Assembly (NCBI RefSeq): GCF_003072485.1
Contig: NZ_CP025989.1
Location: forward strand, 30,001 to 62,000
Direction of reading: 5' to 3'
DNA length: 32,000 nt
Source: Candidatus Fokinia solitaria
GTDB lineage: Bacteria > Pseudomonadota > Alphaproteobacteria > Rickettsiales > Midichloriaceae
The notes below the pieces were generated by a model. It made no database searches. It had not been told where the DNA came from and worked only from the letters and a program-made list of their open reading frames with translations. Positions 9,118 to 17,229 of the stretch are shown piece after piece. Position 1 is the first letter of the stretch, and each line of letters opens with the position of its first letter. Position numbers and translations under genes: made by a program.

Positions 9118-10809
9118 ATGACAAAAGGGATAAAATCTCAAATAGGAGAAATTATAGAGTGTTTTTTGCGTGATTTCGGCTATCAAGATGTCACTGTGCG
9201 TGTAAGAAGGAATGCATTTGTGCAAAATTCTTATCAAACGGATGTTCTTTTTGAATTAGCGAAAAATACTACGAAGACGCCGCATGATCTGTTTTTGGAG
9301 CTTTTTTCTGGTGAGGAAATGAGTAACTATTTTACCTTCTCTTTTTCTGGTAACGGCTTTCTGAATATCACTTTAAAGAGTGAATTTATATCAAAATGTT
9401 TGTTTGAATTTCATATCGAAGCATTACCACGAAATAATATTGATGTCGTAGTAGATTATGCAAGTCCAAATGTAGCCAAAGAGATGCATGTAGGGCATTT
9501 GCGTTCTGCTGCGATAGGATGTGCTATTGCAAGAATTTTGGAATTTGCTGGATATAATGTGATAAGACAGCATCATATTGGAGACTGGGGTACGCAGTTT
9601 GGTTTTATCATTCAGTTTATTATTGAGAAAGAGATAGATGCTGCGCGCCTCAGTATCAACGAGATGAATGTCATATATCAAGAAGCGAAAAAGCTGTTTG
9701 ATGAAGATGTTGCATTCGAGAAAAGAGCACGTATAAGGCTTGATAAATTACAGAATAATGATGCAGAGAGTATAAGAATTTGGCAGTTGTTAGTAGAAAG
9801 AACAACGCGGTATTTATCTGATATTTTTGGTAGATTGGAAGTAGATTTTAGTGCGGCAAATATCAGAGGTGAAAGTGCATATCGAGAAGGGCTACAAGAA
9901 GTCATAGATGAGTTAAAGAATAAAAACATATGTGTAAGAGATGATGGTGCAGAGTTAGTGAAGATAGAAGATAAAGTAGAAATTTTGAAAAAATCTGATG
10001 GCACATATTTGTATATGACAACGGATTTAGCCGCTTTGAAGTATAGGCTTCAAAAGGCGAAGTGGATTATATATATCACTGATAGTAGGCAAATTGATCA
10101 CTTCAAGCATATGTTTTATATAGCACGAGTTGCGAATTGGGATAAAGAAGTGAAGTTGTCTCATATAGCTTTTGGTAATGTATTAGGAAGTGACAAGAGA
10201 CCTCTAAAAACTCGAGAAGGTAACAATACTACGCTTTCAGAATTGGTAGAATCAGCTTGTATTGAGTCGTTTGCAATGATGAAGGGGAGGCAAATTTCTA
10301 ATAGCGCACAAATTGCCAGTACAATAGGTATAGGCGCTATGAAGTACTTCGATTTAAAAAATGACTATGTAAAAGATTATATCTTTCATATGCCTCATAT
10401 TCTCTCATTACATGGATATACATCAGTTTATATACAGAATGCTTATATCAGAATACTCTCTATTTTGAAAAAATTTCAGCAATCTTCAGATTCGGAAGGC
10501 GTAGATTTTCAACATCTGAGTTCGGTTACGCAGCTTCAGTTTGAAGAGGAAAGCGAGATTGCAGTTGCTTTAAAGACGTTAGAATTTTGGGATACATTTG
10601 AAACAGTTTTAGAGACATTAAAGCCTCATCATTTGTGTAGTTATTTGTACGAGCTTGCATCTGCATTTCACCTTTTATATGAAAGATGTCAAATTTTAAA
10701 AGCGCATCCAACGCAAAGAGATACAAGATTGTATTTAATACACATTGTACAAAGTGCTATTTACCGTTCTTTATCACTTCTAGGTATTAGTGTTGTGAGT
10801 GAAATGTAA
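9118..10809 (+). CDS. argS: Arginine--tRNA ligase
   Basis: 563 aa with the class I HIGH motif in SPNVAKEMHVGHLRS. The ArgRS catalytic core (GDWGTQFG) and a C-terminal DALR-type anticodon-binding helix region are present. Confidence 0.93.
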   Translation: MTKGIKSQIGEIIECFLRDFGYQDVTVRVRRNAFVQNSYQTDVLFELAKNTTKTPHDLFLELFSGEEMSNYFTFSFSGNGFLNITLKSEFISKCLFEFHIEALPRNNIDVVVDYASPNVAKEMHVGHLRSAAIGCAIARILEFAGYNVIRQHHIGDWGTQFGFIIQFIIEKEIDAARLSINEMNVIYQEAKKLFDEDVAFEKRARIRLDKLQNNDAESIRIWQLLVERTTRYLSDIFGRLEVDFSAANIRGESAYREGLQEVIDELKNKNICVRDDGAELVKIEDKVEILKKSDGTYLYMTTDLAALKYRLQKAKWIIYITDSRQIDHFKHMFYIARVANWDKEVKLSHIAFGNVLGSDKRPLKTREGNNTTLSELVESACIESFAMMKGRQISNSAQIASTIGIGAMKYFDLKNDYVKDYIFHMPHILSLHGYTSVYIQNAYIRILSILKKFQQSSDSEGVDFQHLSSVTQLQFEEESEIAVALKTLEFWDTFETVLETLKPHHLCSYLYELASAFHLLYERCQILKAHPTQRDTRLYLIHIVQSAIYRSLSLLGISVVSEM

Positions 10810-10813
10810 AATT

Positions 10814-12553
10814 TTACGATTCTCCATTTGGTAAAAATCCACCAATTTGCGCATCCCAAAGCTTCTTATATACGCCTCCTTTTTCTAGTAAATTCGTATG
10901 AGTGTCATCCTCAACTATATTACCATTTTCAAATACTACTATTCTGTCCACAGTGAGTAATGTAGATAATCTATGCGCTATAATAATAGAAGTTTTATCT
11001 TTCATTAATTCAGCGATACTCCGCTGTATTGTACTCTCTATCACCGAATCTAGATGAGAAGTTGCTTCATCTAATATAAGAATTGGCGCATTTTTTAAGA
11101 TTGCTCTAGCAATTGCTATTCGTTGTTTTTGCCCTCCTGAAAGAGCATTGCCTTTTTCTCCTACAACAGAATCGTATTTTTTAGGTAATTGCGTTATAAA
11201 ATCATGTGCATATGCTTTTTTTGCTGCATCTATTACTTCTTCATCAGTAGCATCGACTCTACCATATCGGATATTCTCCATAATGGAACGGCTAAATAAA
11301 GAAATATCTTGTGGTATTACTGCTATTGCATTTCTTAACGAGTCTTGCTGTACCTGGCAAATGTCTTGCCGATCAATGTATATACCGCCATCCATGATAT
11401 CATATAATCTCAAAATGAGATTAATAAAGGTGGATTTGCCACTTCCTGAATAGCCAACGAGACCAATCTTTTGCTTTGGTAGTATTGTGATAGACTTATT
11501 TAAGAATAGCGGAATGCTATTTTTATGATGAAATTTCACGTTATGAAACTGGATCATACCTTCACTTACCACAAGCGTAGGGGCATTTGGTTTATCTTGC
11601 ACTCCAGTATCGTATTCTAAAATGGATAATGCTTGTCTTAGACTACTATAATCTGTAATTATTTCCCTTATAACGAAAGTAATGTGAAATAGCTGCATTG
11701 TGATTTCCAAGTTTGTCATAAACACAAGAGCGAAATCTCCTGGAGTTATGATGCTTTTTGCACTGCAATATACCATGCCAATTAAGCATAACACTATATA
11801 TGAAGAGAATATGAAATGCTGAGTGCGAAAATACGATACTGAAGCAGAAGCTGTAGTGATGCTTTTGTGCATTAGCTTTTCAAGCTTGTTCTTCAATGCT
11901 GATTTTTCGTGTAAAAATGATGAAAAAATCTTGATGAAGAGCATATTAGAGACATAATCATTTACTTCTCCATATGTGTTAATTTCGCATTCTGCTTCTG
12001 CCTTTGCTAATAAGCTTACTTTCTTCATTCTTGTATAGCACATGAGCATGAATGTAGATACCCATACGAACATTGCTAATCCGAAGATAAAATGCACTTT
12101 AAATAGTAAGGCTATGCTTATTATGACTGTGATTATAAGATGTAGCGGCTGTATCAACGAGAGTTCTATGATCCTAGGCATTATTTTAGCAGCATCTTTA
12201 ATTCTTGCAGATATCGTGCTTGATTGATGTTCTTGAAAAAAGTGGTAATCGTATAGTCCAATTTTTTCTATAAATTTTGCTGCTATATCTTTCTTTATTT
12301 GCGGCATATATCTTAATTCGCACCAACCGAAGGAATACCATAGAAGAAATGTTAAAGCTTGTGCGACGCAGTACCAAGTAACTGGTATCCATATTGTATG
12401 GAATTGCATCGCACTTACATCATCTATGATGAGTTTTAAAATATAAGACTTTAACGGATACTCTAAACCTGACAAAGTCATCAGAAATATAAGAAAGTAT
12501 ACGTAATATCTATAAGGTTTTATGCTGTCTATGATGAAGGAACGAACGTTCAT
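10814..12553 (-). CDS. ABC transporter, fused permease/ATP-binding half-transporter (MsbA/lipid or multidrug exporter family)
   Basis: 579 aa with a six-TM N-terminal domain. Motifs: Walker A GYSGSGKST, signature LSGGQKQRIAIARA, Walker B ILILDEATSHLD, H-loop IAHRLST. Confidence 0.85.
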   Translation of the reverse strand: MNVRSFIIDSIKPYRYYVYFLIFLMTLSGLEYPLKSYILKLIIDDVSAMQFHTIWIPVTWYCVAQALTFLLWYSFGWCELRYMPQIKKDIAAKFIEKIGLYDYHFFQEHQSSTISARIKDAAKIMPRIIELSLIQPLHLIITVIISIALLFKVHFIFGLAMFVWVSTFMLMCYTRMKKVSLLAKAEAECEINTYGEVNDYVSNMLFIKIFSSFLHEKSALKNKLEKLMHKSITTASASVSYFRTQHFIFSSYIVLCLIGMVYCSAKSIITPGDFALVFMTNLEITMQLFHITFVIREIITDYSSLRQALSILEYDTGVQDKPNAPTLVVSEGMIQFHNVKFHHKNSIPLFLNKSITILPKQKIGLVGYSGSGKSTFINLILRLYDIMDGGIYIDRQDICQVQQDSLRNAIAVIPQDISLFSRSIMENIRYGRVDATDEEVIDAAKKAYAHDFITQLPKKYDSVVGEKGNALSGGQKQRIAIARAILKNAPILILDEATSHLDSVIESTIQRSIAELMKDKTSIIIAHRLSTLLTVDRIVVFENGNIVEDDTHTNLLEKGGVYKKLWDAQIGGFLPNGES

Positions 12554-12762
12554 TTGACGCTAAAGATAAAATTCGATCGAATGTCGCACAAACACGCAGA
12601 GACGTCAACAGCGGATAAATCCTGTAATATTGTGAATCGCTATTTGATATGAGTTTAATATAACAAGAAGTTAGCCGGCGAGACGAAAGCTATTGTCCCG
12701 TTGTAAGCGGCAGACTTCATATACGGTTTTTTGTTAGTCTACAAAGTGCAAGTTAAGCTGCA

Positions 12763-13116
12763 CTACTGATGTGCTGTGACCTTGCTGATGATTTGCTCAA
12801 ACTGCTGCGGATGACGTATTGCAATTTCAGACAGCATTTTTCTGTTGAGACCGATTTCACTCTTGAGAAAAGCGCCCATGAAATGAGAATATCTTAATCC
12901 TCTTTCTCTCAGTGCCGCATTTAGCCTCTGTATCCACAGTGCTCTGAATTCACGTTTACGGACTTTCCTATCTCTGTACGCATATTGAAGTCCCTTGTGT
13001 ACTTTTTCAATTGCTACTCTAAAACAACTCTTGGCACGTCCTCTATAGCCGGATGCCATTTCTAAAATTTTCTTATGTCTCCTGCGAGCAGTTACACCAC
13101 GTTTTACGCGCGCCAT
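12763..13116 (-). CDS. rplT: 50S ribosomal protein L20
   Basis: The N-terminus [30 protein letters not shown]... and the 117-aa length are typical of L20. Confidence 0.95.
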   Translation of the reverse strand: MARVKRGVTARRRHKKILEMASGYRGRAKSCFRVAIEKVHKGLQYAYRDRKVRKREFRALWIQRLNAALRERGLRYSHFMGAFLKSEIGLNRKMLSEIAIRHPQQFEQIISKVTAHQ

Positions 13117-13189
13117 TTCAAAATGCTAAATAATTATGCTTAACACAGTACTATCGAGTGATGACAATATCAACACCAAACAGATCTTT

Positions 13190-13390
13190 CTATAAACCGT
13201 ACGGTATATGCTGCTTTATTCTTATACGTTCCATCTCAGGTAGAATGCAAGTGCCACGTTGTTCTCTGAGTTGTCGTGCGGAGCGTTTTCGCATATTATG
13301 TCGCTTATTCGCTTGACCGGCTTTTATCTTTCCTGTAGCAGTTTGAAAAAATCTCTTTTTTACGCTGCTTTTAGTCTTCAATTTTGGCAT
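13190..13390 (-). CDS. rpmI: 50S ribosomal protein L35
   Basis: 66 aa, MPKLKTKSSVKKRF..., highly basic, located immediately upstream of rplT. Confidence 0.92.
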   Translation of the reverse strand: MPKLKTKSSVKKRFFQTATGKIKAGQANKRHNMRKRSARQLREQRGTCILPEMERIRIKQHIPYGL

Positions 13391-13712
13391 TTTCGTTAGA
13401 TACTGGTAGTATCGGATACTACTAGCAACTTACCGAATAAAAGTCAATTATCTATCATTTCGAATATATCGTAATGATGCTACGGGATATTTGACTAACA
13501 TACGATTTCATGGCCAATTACTCGTATTAATATAAAAGATGTTTCTTTTGGAAAAAGAGACTAAATGTGCCTTTTATATGTATTAAAGCTTACGTGAAAT
13601 ATTCTCTTAATATTATCAGTATGTTGGATTTTATAATGTCAAAAAGGCATTTGTGCTTCAGCAACAGAGTGATGTAGCATAAGCGCGTTATTAACTAAGC
13701 AACAAATGATAA

Positions 13713-14855
13713 ATGAAAAGCATAAAGTATTTTATCGTGAGTCTTTTTATAATCGGAAAAGTATCTGCCTCTCAGACGTTAGATACTTCTAAAGTAGCAA
13801 GAGTTGCACAAACGAATAAAGTTGAGCGAGAAATAGGAGAATTCGAAGTAGGGCTACAATTTTCTCAAATATTTGATGACATAGCATTTACAATGCAAGG
13901 AGATATAACGACTGTTTATAATAGAAGTGAAAGTACTGATAGTATGCCGAATTTTCTCGGTTATAAGCGCAATATAATACGAGAATTCACCACGCAAGAT
14001 AAAGGAGTGCGTAGTACTAATCTAAATCTTGGATGGAATGGCTTACAATCAAAAATTGGCAAAAATTGTATGTTATTAGGTTCTATAGGTTGCACAATCG
14101 GATATTCTGAAGTAGATCTTGCGCAGGTTGAGTCGGATGCAGCATTCGATAGTGTACTTCTTCATAGAGTCATACTAGGTGTACGTGGTAGTATTGCGCC
14201 TTTATACAGTCTTGGAAAAAGTGCAAAGATTGGAATTTATGCAGCAGGCACACTTGGCGCTGACAAGACATACAAGAGTAAGGCTATAACTGAGTCAAAA
14301 ACTATCTTACATATAAAGAATTTTAAAGCAGGTACGACTGCAACTGCAGTAACGGAAGATAACGGCACTATTAGTTGGAGTGATGTAGATACCTCTTTGC
14401 TTGGTTATGGCGATGTGCAGAAAAAAAAGCTACAAATAATCGATACTTCTAAGTGGAACTTTTATTATTGTGGCGAATTTGGTGTAAGGCTACAAAAGCA
14501 GAATTTTGGTATACAGATTGGTGTATTGTTCAATAATAGTGTACGCGATGCTGCAGTGCATAAAGGCGCTGCCTTAGGAGAAGTGTGGAAAGGGATCACA
14601 ACTGCTACTAATTTCCATGCTGTTGCTCCTGTTACTGCTGTCACTAGAAGTGGAGAAACTATTAACCTTGATAGTGAAAATACAGACAAAATAGAAGCAA
14701 CGGAAGCACTGATCTTCTATGCTGTAGATAGCGATCCTATTACTGTTACTGGTACGGAAGTGAAAAATATAACAATGATGGATGACGTGAAGTTCAAAAG
14801 ACAAGCTGATGCTATTAGCAAGTTCTTTACAGTATCTCTCGTATTTGACTTATAG
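13713..14855 (+). CDS. Paralogous outer-membrane surface protein A (beta-barrel, Msp2/OMP-1/WSP-like architecture)
   Basis: 380 aa with signal peptide MKSIKYFIVSLFIIGKVSASQ. It shares conserved blocks with the ORF at 15632-16720: IGEFEVGLQF, NLGWNGLQSK, LLGSIG, ILGVRGSIAPLY, FYYCGEFGVRLQ, DVKFK, C-terminal VSLVFDL. Family assignment is by architecture only. Confidence 0.65.
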   Translation: MKSIKYFIVSLFIIGKVSASQTLDTSKVARVAQTNKVEREIGEFEVGLQFSQIFDDIAFTMQGDITTVYNRSESTDSMPNFLGYKRNIIREFTTQDKGVRSTNLNLGWNGLQSKIGKNCMLLGSIGCTIGYSEVDLAQVESDAAFDSVLLHRVILGVRGSIAPLYSLGKSAKIGIYAAGTLGADKTYKSKAITESKTILHIKNFKAGTTATAVTEDNGTISWSDVDTSLLGYGDVQKKKLQIIDTSKWNFYYCGEFGVRLQKQNFGIQIGVLFNNSVRDAAVHKGAALGEVWKGITTATNFHAVAPVTAVTRSGETINLDSENTDKIEATEALIFYAVDSDPITVTGTEVKNITMMDDVKFKRQADAISKFFTVSLVFDL

Positions 14856-14941
14856 AGAAAGATAAAGTGCTAATTTGCTGAATTGCCGAGAGAGGAGATT
14901 TTTTCTTTCGAAGAAAATGAAGAAATAATAATTTGCTATTA
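14808..14941 (+). repeat. Repeat copy R1: last 16 codons of OMP paralog A plus 86 nt of 3' flank
   Basis: By hand alignment it matches 15052-15187 with 3 substitutions and one 2-nt indel. It contains the 18-nt palindrome ttttctttcgaagaaaa. Confidence 0.9.
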
Positions 14942-15051
14942 ATTAATGAGACGTCTACAAAGGGGAAGGGGGTGATTGATAGAATATCATAATAATATAT
15001 CATAGTAATCTGTTTCATTGTCAGATGAACGCAATTCAAGAGAGCGAGCAC

Positions 15052-15273
15052 GATGCTATTAGCAAGTTCTTTACAGTATCTCTCATATTTGACTTATAGA
15101 GAAAGATAAAGTGCTAATTTGCTGAATTTCCGAGGGAGAGGAGATTTTTTCTTTCGAAGAAAAGGAAGAAATAATAATTTGCTATTATTGATAAAATGAT
15201 AAAATATTTCTTCTAAGAAGAAGTAATTAATACTTTCGATTCGTTTTTTCTCAAAAGTAATACTCTCTTACTT
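15052..15273 (+). repeat. Repeat copy R2: orphan OMP C-terminal tail (DAISKFFTVSLIFDL*) plus 3' flank; no gene body attached
   Basis: 15052-15187 is near-identical to R1. The in-frame tail and stop codon are retained, but upstream sequence (14942-15051) has no OMP similarity. The 3' flank continues homologous to R3 until about 15273. Confidence 0.85.
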
Positions 15274-15437
15274 TAATTAAATGAATAAGATTTCTTCTGT
15301 AGGAGAGGCATGCGGTCAGCACTTCGGTACAGTATGCTGTATACTTCATACCTACAACTGAGAAATTCTCTCATCATTCGCGTCTGTGTTCATAAAGAAA
15401 TACAGAATATTTCTTGATACGTGTGATAATCGATGAT

Positions 15438-15540
15438 GTTTGCAGTAATTGCATATATGCATATATTGCCACTTTTTTACGAGATATTGTGTGACTTTAG
15501 AGGATTTTGAGATAGTTGCAGATTTGCAACAAATGCATCA
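15438..15540 (+). promoter_or_regulatory. TGCA-rich palindrome cluster upstream of OMP paralog B (candidate operator/promoter region)
   Basis: Perfect 12-nt palindrome tgcatatatgca (15450-15461). Inverted repeat gttgca-gatt-tgcaac (15515-15530). Six TGCA cores occur within about 100 nt, 100-190 nt upstream of the ATG at 15632. Confidence 0.3.
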
Positions 15541-15631
15541 GATTTTAAGGTATATAAGGTATGCCTATTCATTGGTTACGAATATTCGGTATACGATTAA
15601 AGTATATCTTAACTGATACTAGTTATTTAAT

Positions 15632-16720
15632 ATGAAAAAATATTTAGCATTAGCACTTGCAAGTTCACTCGTTATGGGGAACGCATTTGCTTCTCAAACA
15701 TTGACCGCTCTTGATGCTGCAAGCCCTGTGCTTACAAATGAAGACGATCAAAAAATAGGAGAATTCGAAGTAGGACTTCAGTTCTTCATGACGCCTAGTG
15801 CGGTCAAATTGCAGATGGCTGCAGCTGGTAACAAGACAACAAGCGCAATCACAGCAGCTACTTCTGCTCCTGCTTTTAACACTACTGGCTTCGCAGTTGA
15901 TAATGTTGCGACTAGCGACAATGCAGGTGGTAGAATGTGGGGATTTGGAGCAAATCTCGGATGGAATGGTTTGCAATCTAAAATGCCAGGAAATGGTGTG
16001 TTGCTAGGGTCTATTGGCGGTACAATTGCTTACTCTTGGATCGATAACTCAGGCGCTACTCTTACTGCTAATAACCAAGGGATGATGGTTGCATCTGGTG
16101 TAAAACTACGTAGATTCATTCTCGGTGCACGTGGTAACATAGCTCCTTTGTTCTGCGTCGGAAAAGACTTCAAAGTTGGTCCTTATGCAGCAGCAGTGCT
16201 AGGTGGTGCGCAAACACAAGTGAATTTGAATGGTATTGCAGTAGGCACTACTTCACTTTCGCTAACGGAAGGCTATACTCAAGGTATACCAGGCACATAT
16301 AGTGGTAGCGCTTGGAACCTAGCTACAGGGGTAGTTGGTTACGCATCAAAAGCGACTGATTTTAATGCAACCAAGTTAGGCAAGATATTCTCAACTGATT
16401 TCGGTGCATGGAAATTCTATTGCGCTGGTGAAGCAGGTGTGAGATTCCAAATGCATAATGCTGCTCTTCAGTTAGGTGCGTTATTCGACAATAATGAGTA
16501 CAAAGTACCTCAATTCCAAGACAAAAAGAAGGATATCACTCTTGGTGTTAAGGGCGATGCCATTACAGCTTCAACTATTTACTGGGTCAACGGTACTACT
16601 TCGAATACTGCAACTTCTGGAACGAATATTAAGGAGGCCTATACTATCAATGACTTGAAATTCAAGAAAGATGGTAGCATGAATCTGTTCTTAACTGCAT
16701 CTGTCATATTTGACATATAG
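15632..16720 (+). CDS. Paralogous outer-membrane surface protein B (beta-barrel, Msp2/OMP-1/WSP-like architecture)
   Basis: 362 aa with signal peptide MKKYLALALASSLVMGNAFASQ. It has the same conserved blocks as paralog A (IGEFEVGLQF, NLGWNGLQSK, LLGSIG, ILGARGNIAPLF, FYCAGEAGVRFQ, DLKFKK, C-terminal ASVIFDI). Ala/Thr/Ser/Gly-rich variable segments lie between the blocks. Confidence 0.65.
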   Translation: MKKYLALALASSLVMGNAFASQTLTALDAASPVLTNEDDQKIGEFEVGLQFFMTPSAVKLQMAAAGNKTTSAITAATSAPAFNTTGFAVDNVATSDNAGGRMWGFGANLGWNGLQSKMPGNGVLLGSIGGTIAYSWIDNSGATLTANNQGMMVASGVKLRRFILGARGNIAPLFCVGKDFKVGPYAAAVLGGAQTQVNLNGIAVGTTSLSLTEGYTQGIPGTYSGSAWNLATGVVGYASKATDFNATKLGKIFSTDFGAWKFYCAGEAGVRFQMHNAALQLGALFDNNEYKVPQFQDKKKDITLGVKGDAITASTIYWVNGTTSNTATSGTNIKEAYTINDLKFKKDGSMNLFLTASVIFDI

Positions 16721-16797
16721 TACGTCGGAGTGAGTGGTCGAGACTACTCATTCTTATTGTAGATGCTTTTAGAAGAAGAAAGATCTTCTTTAGATTA

Positions 16798-16831
16798 GAG
16801 AGAGTGAAGCGATTCACTCTCTCTTTTTTTA
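16798..16831 (+). terminator. Rho-independent terminator of OMP paralog B
   Basis: Perfect 11-bp stem gagagagtgaa / ttcactctctc with tetraloop gcga, followed directly by T7 (16824-16830). It lies 78 nt after the stop codon. Confidence 0.85.
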
Positions 16832-16906
16832 TTTGTAATCGACGTAACATTTACCGAAGAGAAAAGCGTTTAATAAAACTCTTCTTTTTCGATGTACGTT
16901 TATTAT

Positions 16907-17102
16907 CTTTACAGCATCTCTCGCATTTGATTTATAGAGGGAGATAAATCGCTAATTTGCTAAATTTACGAAGAGATGAAGCCTTCTTATATCAGAAGAA
17001 AGAAAAAATAATAATTCATTTCTTATTGACACAATGTTTACCTTAAAAAAGAAGTAGTGAATATTCTCAATTCATTTTTCTCAAAAATAATATGCTTAAC
17101 TT
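16907..17102 (+). repeat. Repeat copy R3: diverged orphan OMP C-terminal tail (FTASLAFDL*) plus 3' flank
   Basis: ctttacagcatctctcgcatttgatttatagagggagataaatcgctaatttgctaaattt aligns to R2 with about 9 mismatches in 61 nt. Weaker but continuous similarity runs through ...aataataatt...ttctcaaaaataata... to about 17102. No gene body lies upstream. Confidence 0.7.
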
Positions 17103-17229
17103 GATGATAGCGAGAGAGTAGTGCGATCTATGCTATTGAGTTTGACAAATATCGGAAAAGACCAATACATTCTAACAAAAAATAATTATCTTTGATTTGG
17201 TATTAGTGCAGAATAGTGAAGTTCTCTAT

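Noticed and set aside
9424-10004. 85-aa and 108-aa ORFs antisense to argS
   Set aside because: They are embedded in the conserved argS frame, have Ser/Leu-rich low-complexity products, and have no independent start context.
13399-13413. Small hairpin gatact-ggt-agtatc just upstream of the rpmI start (possible L20/L35 autoregulatory leader)
   Set aside because: It has only a 6-bp AT-rich stem, and I could not trace a pseudoknot partner. It is too small to distinguish from chance.
14827-15051. 74-aa minus-strand ORF spanning the spacer between repeat copies R1 and R2
   Set aside because: It runs antisense through the repeat and spacer with a hydrophobic, low-information product and no RBS-like context. 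It is more likely an accident of the AT-rich repeat. A 22-codon plus-strand mini-ORF (ATG 15025) ending in the R2 tail was also noted but is too short to support.
15665-16007. 103-aa (minus) and 69-aa (plus, poly-Leu/Gln) ORFs overlapping OMP paralog B
   Set aside because: These are alternative-frame readings of the Ala/Thr-rich variable segment (GCN/ACN repeats read as CAG/CTG in other frames). Paralog homology supports the annotated frame.
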